Numbered from the stretch's first letter, positions 1 through 11,517 are shown. The stretch is 64,000 nucleotides of DNA from a virus (IMGVR_UViG_3300028048_000059:64001-128000); one strand, 5' to 3'. Notes: generated from the letters alone by a model not told the origin. Made by a program: numbers and translations.

Positions 1-193
1 GCACGCCTTGAATAGCATTTTCACGGATTGTATCTGTAAAAGCTCCGCGAACCATACCAGAGAACATTTCAATAGACTGCTCATTTAGCGATTCTTCTGG
101 TAGGGACATGATTTGTTCAATTAAATCTACAAGAGGACGTAGCTCAGGTTGTGAAGATAGCGCGTCCATTACATTTGTCGTATTTTCATCCAT
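1..193 (-). CDS. hypothetical protein (partial, runs off window start)
   Basis: Open frame MMENTTNVMDALSSQPELRPL... directly after the stop of 195-431, with upstream GAGG. Confidence 0.6.
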   Translation of the reverse strand, partial: MDENTTNVMDALSSQPELRPLVDLIEQIMSLPEESLNEQSIEMFSGMVRGAFTDTIRENAIQGV

Positions 194-194
194 A

Positions 195-431
195 TTACAT
201 TACCTCGTATTCCTTTGTTACACTAACAAGCCAATATTCATCAACGATGTCGCCAGTCTTGCGATCTTTCTTGCATTTATAGGTTGTATTGTATTTTGTT
301 AGTGTGTAGCCTTCAATGTTCTGGTTATTCTTATATTCTTCAATCGTATCCATCGCTAGCTGTTCGCTATCCACCTTAAAAGTTAGTGTTTCAATTTTTA
401 GTTGCTTATTCATTGTCTTTTTTCTCCTCAT
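195..431 (-). CDS. hypothetical phage protein
   Basis: ORF in a tightly packed minus-strand operon. Confidence 0.6.
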   Translation of the reverse strand: MRRKKTMNKQLKIETLTFKVDSEQLAMDTIEEYKNNQNIEGYTLTKYNTTYKCKKDRKTGDIVDEYWLVSVTKEYEVM

Positions 432-672
432 TCATTACTCTTAATTTTTGAATTAAATCTATATAAGCTAATTTTTTAGCTGTCTCAGAAATAGTTCCCA
501 TTTCTGCGCGCCCTTGTTTACCAAGTTTCTTAGCAAATTTTCGACGTTCTGCGCGATTATTGAATTGTAGCTGATTTACTTTGTTTTCAATCGCAGAAGT
601 AGTTTCTCCTACAATTTCTTCTATATTATCTTGGTCTGTTGTTAGACCTGTTACAAATACTTCATCATTCAT
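406..672 (-). CDS. hypothetical phage protein (NRAERR motif)
   Basis: ORF overlapping its neighbours; GGAG RBS. Confidence 0.65.
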   Translation of the reverse strand: MNDEVFVTGLTTDQDNIEEIVGETTSAIENKVNQLQFNNRAERRKFAKKLGKQGRAEMGTISETAKKLAYIDLIQKLRVMNEEKKDNE

Positions 673-968
673 ACTAAACTCTCCACTACGGAACAGATAT
701 GGTCGTATTCTTTTTTACTGTCTATTTTAATGTGAAAAAGGACATTATCTTCAATTATTTTAATAGGAATTTTTATTTCGAGAGTCTTTAAATGAGAAAA
801 AACTGTGTTGCTACAACAAGTTATATACTCTGTCAGCTGGTTTGCTTCTAATTCAATAGTTAACTTATCAGTTAAGGCATAAAATACGATCAGCTCATCT
901 TTTTCATCCAAACATAAAATACAAATATAATTTTCATTTCCTTGATACTTTAAAATTCTTTTAATCAT
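669..968 (-). CDS. hypothetical protein
   Basis: Translationally coupled ORF (start/stop overlaps on both sides). Confidence 0.6.
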   Translation of the reverse strand: MIKRILKYQGNENYICILCLDEKDELIVFYALTDKLTIELEANQLTEYITCCSNTVFSHLKTLEIKIPIKIIEDNVLFHIKIDSKKEYDHICSVVESLV

Positions 969-1996
969 TAACCTTCACCGCCTCCGGTTTTATTAAAACC
1001 GAAAGTATTTGATTTAAAGAAATCAATATAGTATTTTTCTAAATCACTTAGTTGCTCTTTTTCACAATAAATAATTGGTTCAATTGCCCAGTTCCAAAAA
1101 CCAGTTTGCCAAATGGCGTGATGAACGGCTTGGTCAGAAATTGTTTTAATTCCGATAGAACTTTTAAAGTGATCGATAATACGTTTTTTAATATTGGTAC
1201 TTTTACCAATATAGCATTTCCCGCTATCAATGTTGGTTATTTTATAAATGCCAGGTTTTTCTTCTATACCGACTCGTTTAAAAGTTTCATCAATATAAGG
1301 TTTTACATATTCTGCCCAGACCAATTTATTAATAATGTCAGGATGTTGTACTTTTTGTGAGACAGTCGTTACTAGAAAATTAATGTCTTCCTTGTACTCA
1401 TCTGGCACTTGAATTGTATAGAACAAACGTTCTTGCTGTTCTTTTTCATATTGTTGCAACGGGAGCAAAAGTCCTTCAAAACGTTTTTGTTGTTCCTGCG
1501 TTTCTGCAATTATTGCTGTTTGGCTCGCCGTCGCGGCCGCAATTGTTTGTTCCATTTCTTCTTGTGCATGATCTTTTTTATCTTGATATTCTTGTAACAA
1601 TTGCTTATATTTGAATTCAAGATTTTGTTGTTTTTCACGCCACAATTGATCAAAGGTTGTATCTAATTCTGACTGTCGTAATTGTTTTTGATTAATAAAA
1701 TAAGTGTCTAAATCACTAGTTTTACGATTTAATTCTTCTCGATACTTTTTTTGTACTTCAAGAATTTTATTATTATATTGCTCTATTTGCTCAGTTAAAG
1801 CAGTTTTTTCTTTGACTAATTGATTTGTTTCATAACAAATTGATTGCAGACGATCTTCATTGGTTTTTATTTCGGCTTGCAATTTACGCAATCCATCTCT
1901 ATTAATGGATTGCTTTTTATTTAATTTATAAATTAGGCAAATAATAATAATGGCGAGTATTAATATGGCCGCCATCCATAGCATCTGTACTTGCAT
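968..1996 (-). CDS. membrane-anchored coiled-coil protein with C-terminal GIY-YIG nuclease domain
   Basis: N-terminal hydrophobic helix, long Q/E/K heptad region, then PGIYKITN...CYIGKS...R...H...E...FGFN. Confidence 0.75.
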   Translation of the reverse strand: MQVQMLWMAAILILAIIIICLIYKLNKKQSINRDGLRKLQAEIKTNEDRLQSICYETNQLVKEKTALTEQIEQYNNKILEVQKKYREELNRKTSDLDTYFINQKQLRQSELDTTFDQLWREKQQNLEFKYKQLLQEYQDKKDHAQEEMEQTIAAATASQTAIIAETQEQQKRFEGLLLPLQQYEKEQQERLFYTIQVPDEYKEDINFLVTTVSQKVQHPDIINKLVWAEYVKPYIDETFKRVGIEEKPGIYKITNIDSGKCYIGKSTNIKKRIIDHFKSSIGIKTISDQAVHHAIWQTGFWNWAIEPIIYCEKEQLSDLEKYYIDFFKSNTFGFNKTGGGEG

Positions 1997-2028
1997 TTAC
2001 ATCACAACCACTCCTTTATTTATAATTT

Positions 2029-2057
2029 ATTATATCATGATTTTTAAAAAAAGTCAA
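2029..2057 (-). promoter_or_regulatory. sigma-A promoter
   Basis: TTGACT-17 nt-TATAAT with extended -10 TG. Confidence 0.85.
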
Positions 2058-2059
2058 AT

Positions 2060-2090
2060 AAAAAAAATAAGCGGGCAATTATGCCCGCTT
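2060..2090 (-). terminator. Rho-independent terminator after nrd operon
   Basis: AAGCGGGCA-TAAT-TGCCCGCTT followed by a U-run. Confidence 0.8.
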
Positions 2091-2283
2091 ATTCGTCTTT
2101 TATATATAAACCACAATGGCATGGCTCTCCAATTTTTACATTTAATCGCATATCTTCACAGATACATTTATATTTATCTTGCCCTAAACTATTCGCAATG
2201 CATGGACAATAACCATCATTTTCTTTTAGTCCTTGTCGAATAATTGCTGCTAATTCTTTATCTGGTGTTACGTGTATTTTCAT
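2089..2283 (-). CDS. ferredoxin-thioredoxin reductase catalytic-subunit-like small Fe-S protein
   Basis: GYCPC...CICE...CHCGLY motifs. Confidence 0.75.
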   Translation of the reverse strand: MKIHVTPDKELAAIIRQGLKENDGYCPCIANSLGQDKYKCICEDMRLNVKIGEPCHCGLYIKDE

Positions 2284-2816
2284 GAAATTCTCTCCGCATA
2301 TTGGTTATTTGAAGCTAATTGTATTCCTAATATATCATCATAATGGGGCTGTTGGTTCATTATGTATCGACCCCACTTAATGACAAGATTTTTATACTTA
2401 TGAACATTAATTAAATTATGAATAAAAGGAAAAAATAATTCAGATTTATCATATCCAGTATAAATAATAATTATATCATTACAGCCTTTATTATTTCTAA
2501 TATAAGAAATAAAATAAAATAATTCTAGCGGAGTGTCAAAAGGCTCTAATCCTTGACAGCAAAATCCTTTAGTTAATGGATTTGTTATATAAAGTTCCCA
2601 AATTTTATCAAATGATACAATAATATCAGGTTCTCGCGCTAAATTACTATTTTGACAAACTGGACATTTGTTTAATTTGTCGCACTTAAAATTACAAGAT
2701 GGAAATTCTAATGTAAGAACTGGTTCTTTATAATTAGTAAAATCACAATCAATAATTCCTTTAAGATTTATCGCTGTTTTTGATGAATTATCTAATTCAA
2801 TTTGAGTATATATCAT
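2280..2816 (-). CDS. nrdG: anaerobic ribonucleotide reductase activating enzyme (radical SAM)
   Basis: CNFKC...CQN, GLEP, IYTGY, LASNNQ; downstream of nrdD. Confidence 0.85.
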   Translation of the reverse strand: MIYTQIELDNSSKTAINLKGIIDCDFTNYKEPVLTLEFPSCNFKCDKLNKCPVCQNSNLAREPDIIVSFDKIWELYITNPLTKGFCCQGLEPFDTPLELFYFISYIRNNKGCNDIIIIYTGYDKSELFFPFIHNLINVHKYKNLVIKWGRYIMNQQPHYDDILGIQLASNNQYAERIS

Positions 2817-2862
2817 ATAATGCTCCTTTTATCATTTATAAAAATCATAATTAAGAACGTTC

Positions 2863-3054
2863 TTAACTATCATTTTCTTTTACTTCTTTTAAAGGACACC
2901 ATTCAGGTTTAGTGTATGGAGTTGTTTCTAAATAAGAACGTAATTCTTTACAATCATCTACAAGATGACCATGACAATATTCAAATTCATCATCAAGTAG
3001 GAAACATCCTACACATGCTTCTGGCATTGGTATATCAAGTTCAAGTTTAATCAT
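2863..3054 (-). CDS. small Cys-rich phage protein (MPxxCxxC...PxWCPL type)
   Basis: MPEACVGC...KPEWCPLKEV. Confidence 0.65.
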   Translation of the reverse strand: MIKLELDIPMPEACVGCFLLDDEFEYCHGHLVDDCKELRSYLETTPYTKPEWCPLKEVKENDS

Positions 3055-5799
3055 TTATATGCTCCCATTGCCGCATTTTAAATTCTGCTTTTCGCTCTTT
3101 ACTCCATGTTTTAATTGGAGTATAAAAACCTACAATTCTTGTATATTCAGTGGCCACTGGGCCGCCACAAATAGGGCATATTTTGCCATAAAAAGCATGA
3201 TTATTTGCGCAAGCTTGAATTTTTGTATTAAAAGCAAAATAAGTTAAACCTTGATCTGCGATATAATTAACTGCGTCCCATGCTTTTTCAAAACTATCAA
3301 AAGGTGCGTCAATATTTAAGTGAGCAATGGAGCCGCCATTGCAGTATGAATCAAACAAAGAAGCAATGCGAATACGTTCAATCATTGTTGTTTTAATACC
3401 TAGCGGGATGAATTGATTACCATATAATGGTAAATCTTTAACTACCGTTTCTGGGAAAAAGAATTCATCTGCTAATTGCATTTTTGCCGCGGCAGATTCG
3501 CCAGGAATTTGTTCAATATTAATTTTATAATTTTTTGTAGCGGCAAAAGCATCCTTAGTCTTATGAATCACTTGGAAAATTTTTTGTCCAAAACTGTCTG
3601 CCTCTTTGGTATAAAAAGTATTCCCTAACTCATCTTTTCTAGTATATCCAAAAGTTCGCATAGTTTCATAAATACCTATAATACCAACAGTATTATATAA
3701 ATGTTCAAAATCAACAATACCTTTTGAAAAATTAGGTAATAACCCTTTTTCAACATTACGTTCAATAATATGCCGCACACAATCTAATGCTTTGCAATCT
3801 AGCTCTACTAGATCTTTTAACGCAGTTAAGTAAGCTTGCTCATCTTTTGGATGCTCTAATGCTAATCTAGCCAGATTTATTGTTGATACTTTTACAGAGC
3901 CAACTTTTAATGCAGTGCCGCCAATACTATTAAAATATCCTAAATCCTCAATATTGCTTTTAAGTCTGCAACAATTGCTAAGTGAGTTTACACTGTCATC
4001 AATAAATAAATTTGAATCACTCCAAATTCTATTATGCTCAATACCCCACTTAGCAAATTCTTCATCAATAAACTTTCCATTTTTACGAAGTAAACTAATT
4101 GTTAATCCTATTTGTTTATATAGGTTCGTTATTCCTATACCATAGAGCTACATATTACTATGTAGAGCAGACTATATCATATACCTAATTACCATATTTT
4201 AGGTATCCTCGCACTTCGAACCACTTGGTTCTACTCTACTCGCTTCTTCAAACAAGATAGGTTCTTGTTCTATGCTTTCGATAGTCGTTGGACTTTCCCA
4301 CCGAAATGGGCTTAGTTCAGGATTGTCTGTATAGTGGATTTTTTTATGACATTGTTCACATACAACAATTAAATTATTTTTATTAGTAAAATCATCATAA
4401 GATAATATCTCATGATAGAAATTTTCAATATTGCCAGAGTAGGCATTCTGTATAAATTCATCAAATATTACATGAAATGGTTTTATATGATGTGTATGTA
4501 AATTACCACCATGCCGCCCACATATTTGACAAGTAAAATTACAATTTCTTAACATTTCTTTCGAAATTGTCTTAAACAGACCGCGAGCCAAAGTTTTTTC
4601 ATCGGTAAAACCTTTATAATTAGGATTATCTTCACCAATGTAACGACCTTTTAATGTATCGCTAATTCTGTTTCTCAAAGCAATATCATCAATTTTACTT
4701 TTTCTACTTTTAAATCCTGCTTTATTTAAGCGAATTGTTATATTCGATCGTTCGCACTCGTAAATAGCTGCGATTTCTTTATCATATAATCCTTGATTAT
4801 GTAAATCAATAATTTCTTGTAATGGAATATTTTTCTTTTTAGGCATTTATATCACCTCTTAAATATTCCACTATACAGATTTTCCCTGAGTTCACGAGGT
4901 TTACATAATGTATTACTACATTACGCCGCTATAACTTTAACGGGAAAAGTAAACATATTATGTTGTCTGATCTCTGCAATAACTTCCATAAATACTTTCT
5001 GGAACTCTTGAATTTCTTGTAATGAATCAATCATAAAACTACCATCAGGAAATTCACTACCAGAGAATAAAGCTTCAAGATATGGCATATCAAATACAGA
5101 GCAATTAGTAAAAGCAGATTGCATACCATCTCTTACATATGGCTGATTTACAGCGTAAACAAAGCGTTGAATTTGTTGACGTGCATAATAATCATTATCT
5201 TTTGTTGCATATCCGTTTTCGCAGTCTTTCTTCCAGAAATAATACATATATGGAATTAAATTTGGAAGACCGACTGCTCCTGAACTACGGTTCGCGGCAA
5301 AACTAATAAATTCTTTAACAAAATCAACAAAAGTGCTAAGATGCTTTGGCGGTTCTGCATTAAAGTTATTTAGAAAAAATAATCCTTTTTCTGCGACATC
5401 TTTTAGATCATAAGCAAAACAATAGTGTACATAAGTAGACGTATCAGCGTCATGTAAATATAGTGCTTTTGTCCACTCTTTTTCTAACCATTCATTTGCA
5501 GTTTGAAAGCCATATTTTTTATTTAACTCATAATAAATTTTATTATAAGCAAGTAATTTGCGATGTGGCTTTGGCATTTCATTCATTAGCGTGCGCATAT
5601 CTTTATTGCCAACATTTGAGTTGCCGTCAACAGAGACATCTGCCACGGTATCTTTATCAATAAAATTATCAATAAAGTCTGTATACGAAAGCTGTTTATC
5701 TCCAAAACCATTTAAATAAGCAATTTCTTCGCCATATTTTTCACTCATGCGATTATATGCTGTTGTGAAATTTTTATTTAATCGAACTCTTATATCCAT
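3047..5799 (-). CDS. nrdD: class III anaerobic ribonucleoside-triphosphate reductase, two exons (4940-5799 and 3047-4106)
   Basis: LYLHD, FTFPV|LT junction, SNCCRL, CPICG and glycyl-radical TRIVGF motif; frame restored by removing 4107-4939. Confidence 0.92.
4107..4939 (-). mobile_element. group I intron in nrdD carrying an HNH endonuclease
   Basis: Exon ends CCGU, P1 with GCGG; R = CAACGACTA, S = GATATAGTC; terminal G; splicing gives P-V-L-T. Confidence 0.9.
4199..4846 (-). CDS. intron-encoded HNH homing endonuclease
   Basis: N-terminal HTH, CQICG...LHTHHIKP...NLIVVCEQCHKKIH. Confidence 0.85.
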   Translation of the reverse strand: MPKKKNIPLQEIIDLHNQGLYDKEIAAIYECERSNITIRLNKAGFKSRKSKIDDIALRNRISDTLKGRYIGEDNPNYKGFTDEKTLARGLFKTISKEMLRNCNFTCQICGRHGGNLHTHHIKPFHVIFDEFIQNAYSGNIENFYHEILSYDDFTNKNNLIVVCEQCHKKIHYTDNPELSPFRWESPTTIESIEQEPILFEEASRVEPSGSKCEDT

Positions 5800-5810
5800 A
5801 ACTACCAACC

Positions 5811-6014
5811 TCATTGATTATTTATCCAATTATTTATTTCTATCGGAGAATTATATATATTCTCTGCTGTTTGTAATACCGGAGCCCGATCTGTTTGTAA
5901 AAATGATAAATAATCATTTAGATTGCGCTCTTCATATTGGATATTTTTTTGATCAAGTTTCTTTTTTATCATTTTACAAATACCACACGTTGGTAAAGTA
6001 TATAAAATAACCAT
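5811..6014 (-). CDS. glutaredoxin/NrdH-like redoxin
   Basis: LYTLPTCGICKM...APVL; upstream of nrdD. Confidence 0.8.
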   Translation of the reverse strand: MVILYTLPTCGICKMIKKKLDQKNIQYEERNLNDYLSFLQTDRAPVLQTAENIYNSPIEINNWINNQ

Positions 6015-6023
6015 ATTATCTCC

Positions 6024-6248
6024 TCAATCATTTATTTCTATCTGGAAACCACAATATGGACACGCCCCATTTTGATACCCTAAATTATATTTTTCACTAA
6101 AATGAGGGCATTGCTTTTGATTATCAATAATCTGTTGACGAATTTCCATGATTGTAGATTTACGCTCCATTGTTGAGAGAGCATGGGTTAGCTCTGTATC
6201 CAATTGTTTACGTCTGGCCATAATCTCTTCTATTGTCATATATTCCAT
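6024..6248 (-). CDS. small Zn-ribbon protein
   Basis: CPH...CPYCG. Confidence 0.6.
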   Translation of the reverse strand: MEYMTIEEIMARRKQLDTELTHALSTMERKSTIMEIRQQIIDNQKQCPHFSEKYNLGYQNGACPYCGFQIEIND

Positions 6249-7315
6249 CTCCCTCGTTGTTTTAAATCGTTAAAATTTTGATCGAATAAGTCCTTAGCAG
6301 AAGGGAAAAATTTCAACAATTCATCACGCTCATCACGTATGAAATTTTGTTTTTTCTTTTTTGGTATTCGATCATTTATTGTTTTATCTTGTTTTGCGGT
6401 CACACTAATGTTACCGCATATTTCTATTGTTTTAGATAGCGTAGCTATTGGATTCTTAAATCCAATATCTGGTTCGATATATTTAATTTTTATTGGTATT
6501 CCCTGCGCCCAAAAGCTGTAAAGAAGATTTAATTTATAAATTAAATCTTTATAATAAATTTGATTTGTTTTAAATGAGCCGCCTAGCGGCAAACATACCT
6601 TAGAGGTTTGCGTGATATCTGCTAAGAAAAGATGCTTATATTTTTTAAACATATAATGCGACTCTTCTAATGGAATATCTAAATCTAGAATAATTGTATT
6701 CGTTCGAGCAAAACGCTGATATTCACGTAATGTGAAATATTGTCCTAATGTATTGCAAATCACAGGGTGAATGCGGACAATACTGGATGGCGCGCGCATA
6801 CTAATTTCGTCTAATGTTTTTTGCCAGTCATCGTAAAAAAATTGTTTATCAAATAAAAAAATTCTTTTATTTTTTCTAATGGCTGGTATTGGCAATCGAT
6901 TGTCTCCTGCATAATTGCGATAATAACTATCATCTAACAAATGCTCTAATGTATTTATTTTTACATTGGTTTTAAATTTTTCTCTTAAAAAATCTACATA
7001 AATGTTGGGTTTAGGCAGAGTATAATCAATTACCGTATTATCAAAAGGAATATAATCTTTTGTAAAGGCGGAGCCGCCATAGATCACATTGTGGGCCCGC
7101 AAGTAGTTTTCTGGCACCTGCGGCCGCGCCTCTTTTTCGCTGAAAAAATAAATTTTTTCATATTGATTTAATTCTACTTCATCTAAGGATAGAAGGCGAC
7201 AAAACTGTTGCTCTTCTACCCTATAATAAGTAGCTAATTTCATAATCTCTACGTTGGGGATAAGCATAGAGTTGGTTTCTGTGGTTAACAAATCATAATC
7301 AACTAAACCTATCAT
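6236..7315 (-). CDS. hypothetical protein resembling phage radical-SAM-associated proteins but lacking CxxxCxxC
   Basis: IGLVDYD...PNVEIMKLATYY...YGGSAF N-terminus. Confidence 0.5.
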   Translation of the reverse strand: MIGLVDYDLLTTETNSMLIPNVEIMKLATYYRVEEQQFCRLLSLDEVELNQYEKIYFFSEKEARPQVPENYLRAHNVIYGGSAFTKDYIPFDNTVIDYTLPKPNIYVDFLREKFKTNVKINTLEHLLDDSYYRNYAGDNRLPIPAIRKNKRIFLFDKQFFYDDWQKTLDEISMRAPSSIVRIHPVICNTLGQYFTLREYQRFARTNTIILDLDIPLEESHYMFKKYKHLFLADITQTSKVCLPLGGSFKTNQIYYKDLIYKLNLLYSFWAQGIPIKIKYIEPDIGFKNPIATLSKTIEICGNISVTAKQDKTINDRIPKKKKQNFIRDERDELLKFFPSAKDLFDQNFNDLKQRGRWNI

Positions 7316-7316
7316 A

Positions 7317-10300
7317 CTAATCCTCCTCTTGCATTCTCTCAAATCGGAATGTTAAATTACCGTATTCATCCACTGATGTAATTTTTGAGATAATCGGATA
7401 AACTGATTGCTTGGTTTTCTTTGGAACAAAGTCTTGTCCTCTTCTGATTCCTTGAACCATTAATAATGTCCCGCGTTTAAACCAACTGCTTTCAACTACG
7501 TGTTTGACACCTTCGGCATCACGCTGTGAAATTTGTTTATCGTATAACGCAAATTGATTTTTATAAATCTTAACATTTACAACACCGGTTGGTGTTAATA
7601 ATGTGATTGTATTTCTCACCTTATCTTTATCAATTACGGTTCCAATCAAATGGTGCATTTTATAAATATTAATTTCCTGACCATCTTTTGACATAAAACT
7701 ATAATCGACCTCTGGCGTTTCACTTAATGAGAAGAAATCATCATAATCATTCATCGCCTTAATCAATTCATGATCATGATAATAGAATGAGATACTTTCC
7801 ATTTCCCAATGACTAATATTACCGTCTGCATATTTTTCCACTAATTCATCATAAAGAGATTTGTTTAATTTATTTAACATTTCATCTTTATGTTCTTTTA
7901 AATACGCGCGCATTGGCTCCATCGCCTTTTTATATGTATTATCCCAAACTCTCTGCTGAATTAATGAGCCATCTTCCGTTAAATCCAAAGAGAAATGTTT
8001 ATCAATAAAACCGATGGCGGCCGCATTTAATGTGTAATAAATACTTTTTTTACGTGTTTTTAAGAATTTATTGAAATAAAATAGCTGCGCATAAAATTTC
8101 ATATCATCAGGAATTAATTCCCTTTCAATTAATGCCGCCATATTTTGTAGGGTTAATCTTTGCTTTTTATCTGTGATTGAATCCAAATAATCGTGCATAA
8201 TTTGTTCACGACTTTTATTTTCTACGGAATCGAATGCACCAGATTTGATTAAATTTAAAGTTTGTAATTTATTCGTGTTATTTTTTCTCAAAAAATCTTG
8301 CAATGATTCATACGGACGATTTTCAATAATTTGATAAATCAATGATGGAGAAATTCGTGAAATACCGCGCAATCCATATGTAATTACATTTTCTTTTACA
8401 TTCGGAGTAAAAGTAAAATTTGATTCATTAACATTCGGTGGTAAAATTGTAATACCACGTTTTTGAAAATTACTAATTGCGGTTGAAATTTTTCCATAAT
8501 CAGTATTGCGGACTTTCTTTTTCTTCTCATTATCTTCATTATCGTCATCATCATCTTCATTATCATCATCTGTATCTTCATATTGGAACTCATTGCCGCC
8601 ACTATTTGTAATAAGACATGCACAATTCCAATAGATAACTGGATAATATGTTGTAAGAACAAGAATTTGAATGGCAATAAAACTATATGCAAGAGCATGA
8701 GGTTCTGCAAAAGCATATGATAGTTGTGGTAGAATTGCGCTCCACCAGACATATTCACCAAGCTCTTTTCTTGGACATTGACTTACAAACTTTTCTTTTA
8801 AATCTGCAATTTTATTCAATTGCTTCTTTGAACATACTTTTCTTGCCGCATTCGCTTCTGCAAGTGTAAAATGTCCAAGTTTTGGTTCCATACACAGCAA
8901 CATTAATTTTTCTTGTGTAGTTGGCACACCATCAACTGGAAGATAATATGGTTCAAGAATTTTAATTTCTTCATCAGTTAGACCCCAAGATTTGCATTCT
9001 TTATACCATAATTGAATGTTATTTTTAAAACGCACATATTTATCAATTGGACGTTCTTCGCCTTTCTCGCCAGCTAATCGAGTCAGGGCATTTGCCATCA
9101 TTAATTGTAATGGATTTTGTGGCAGAATAGAACGAATCGCTTGGCCGCCAACCGGTGTATCGAATTGAAACAAATCAACGACTTGTCCAGATGCTAGTGT
9201 GTCCCAAATTTTTGGGTCTTTAATATTTAAAACATTTGGATGTAGATATTTGTTATAAATTTCTCTTAATGTATTACATTCACTAAAATATCCATCTTTT
9301 TTTAATAGATTAATAGCATTTATAAGTTTATCACAAATTTCTGTAACCAAGAAGTCGAATTTTGTGCCACCTAATGCTTCTTCATCATGAAGTGAAAACT
9401 GCGTAATTAAATCTCCATTTGGGCTGCGCATAAATGCGCTTGTTACCCAAGGGTCCTCATTATATAAAATAACACCAGATGCGTGCTGACTTCTTTTATT
9501 AATCAGTCCATCAATACCATAAATAATATCAATTAAACCCGGATATCGATTAACTTCATTAATAAATTGTTGAGACGGTTTAATACCTTTTTCTTCATTG
9601 CCATACATTAAATCATTTAAGCTATAAAGGAATCCACGCTCCTGCGGCACAAGACTAGCAATGTATTGTGAAGTATCTACGTCAATTCCCTCTGGATAAT
9701 CGTCGCTGCGATAACCTCTACATGCAGTTAAAATTGCACTTTTTGTACCTTCTGTACCAAAAGTTGCTACTTGAATTAGATTTGTTTCACCATATAATTC
9801 ACGAATTCTTTTAAAGATTAATGGACGTTTTGACGGCGCTAAGTCAATATCAATATCCTTTATATACCCTCGGTTTCCCGATATTTATTAGGGGAATAGA
9901 CTATCTCTTTACAAATATTCTTATTTGTAACTGGCACTACGATATGGTGCTTATCTCCATATCTCTCGGAAGATTTTATTCTTCACAGTTAGTCGTTACA
10001 CCTTCTAAATAATAATTATTTAGCTTGGCACGGTATTGCCATGTTCTTTCGAATTTAGGTTTTTACCGTTAGCACATCATTTTATGATGCACACCGTTAA
10101 GCACGTTCACCAGTTTTTACTTGCCCAACTATTTTAGGCAATTCCATTCTTTCTTTGTTCAAAAAACGCCATTCTGGTAATGACCATTCAATTGGGTCCA
10201 ATTGTGTAATGCCCAATAATTGATTAGATAAATATGAGACGCTACTGCCGCGCCCCGGTCCAACGATACTGCCGCAATCCCAAAATAAGTCAATGAAATG

Positions 10301-11494
10301 TTGGAATGTGTTAAAATATTCAAACAGACAGTTACCAAGTTTTTGTCCAATCGTTTTAATAATATCCGCTTCTGTCTCTAATCGTTGTACATAATTAATT
10401 TTTTTATCAAGACCAAGCTCGACCATTTTATTCCAACATTCATTTACCCAATATCTTTCCTGCACTTCATAAGAATTAAATAATGAGCTTAAAACAGGGT
10501 ATTCAGTTAAGAATTGTTCTTTTTTGGGATAATTTTTAACTTCTACCCTTGGGATAATCGGATTTCTAAAAATATCATAAGATTGAATCTTATTATAAAT
10601 TTCCATTGAATTATTACATAACTCAATAAAAATTTTTTCATCATACGATTCTTTTAAATAAGACCAAGCTTCTTCATTATCCATTAAATGAGCGAACTCA
10701 TAAAAAGAATCAATTTCTCTTTCCCCTTCTTTTGAATTTAAATATGCTTTATGTACGTACCTGTCTTTCTTTTGAAGATAGTGTGCATCTGTACCATAAA
10801 TCATTTTAACTCCAAAAGCTTTTGCTAAACCAACAACTCTTTTATTGCAATATATTTGTTCTTTATTTGTGCTTGGCGCCACTTCTACATAAAAATCTTC
10901 TCCAAAAACATCTTTACAAAACAGAAAATATTCATTAATTTTTTCTCTAATGGCGGCCACATCATAGTCATTTCCTGCTTGCTCCGCTTCGCGTAACGCA
11001 AGTAGTAGCTGCGCATCTTCACCGGCAATACAAGCTGTCGTTGCAATTATATGCCCAGGATTACTTTTAACAACATTAGAAAGTTCGCTTTTCAGAGTCG
11101 GCACGCGCTCCATTCCTCTATCATAATAAGAATTATACCAACTATTCGAAGATAATTCACATAATTGATGAAAACCAATAGTATCTTTTGCAATGAGGAT
11201 GAAGTGATAATATTTTTGTTTTTTGTCTCGTGTCTCTGTTAAGTAAATTTCATTTCCGATACCGCATTTAAAAGTCTTTGGAATTTTCCCATCTTGCTTT
11301 AATTGCTTTTCTAATTTTAACCACTCTACGCTTCCAGACAAGCACTCATGATCTGTTAAACAAATACCACTCATACCAAGTTCATACGCAGTTAAAATTA
11401 AGTCTTTTGGGCGATTAATCGAATCAAGTAGCCTAATGTTACTATAATGCGAGTGAGCATGTGTCTCTAATCTTTGTATATTATTAACTCCCAC
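7317..11494 (-). CDS. dnaE: DNA polymerase III alpha subunit (family C), two exons (10136-11494 and 7317-9857)
   Basis: PHP HAHSHYS, TDH, GTDAHY; GPGRGS; ELP|DIDID restored on splicing; SQHASG, KFDFL, YAFAEPHALAY. Confidence 0.93.
9858..10135 (-). mobile_element. ORF-less group I intron in dnaE (278 nt)
   Basis: UUGCCU| pairs with GGGCAA; R = TAACGACTA, S = GAGATAGTC; ends in G before GAT ATT GAT. Confidence 0.92.
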
Positions 11495-11517
11495 TTTCTC
11501 CCCTCCTAACTATTTCT

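Noticed and set aside
9821-10012. 63-aa plus-strand ORF as an intron-encoded protein
   Set aside because: Antisense to the intron core with no endonuclease motifs
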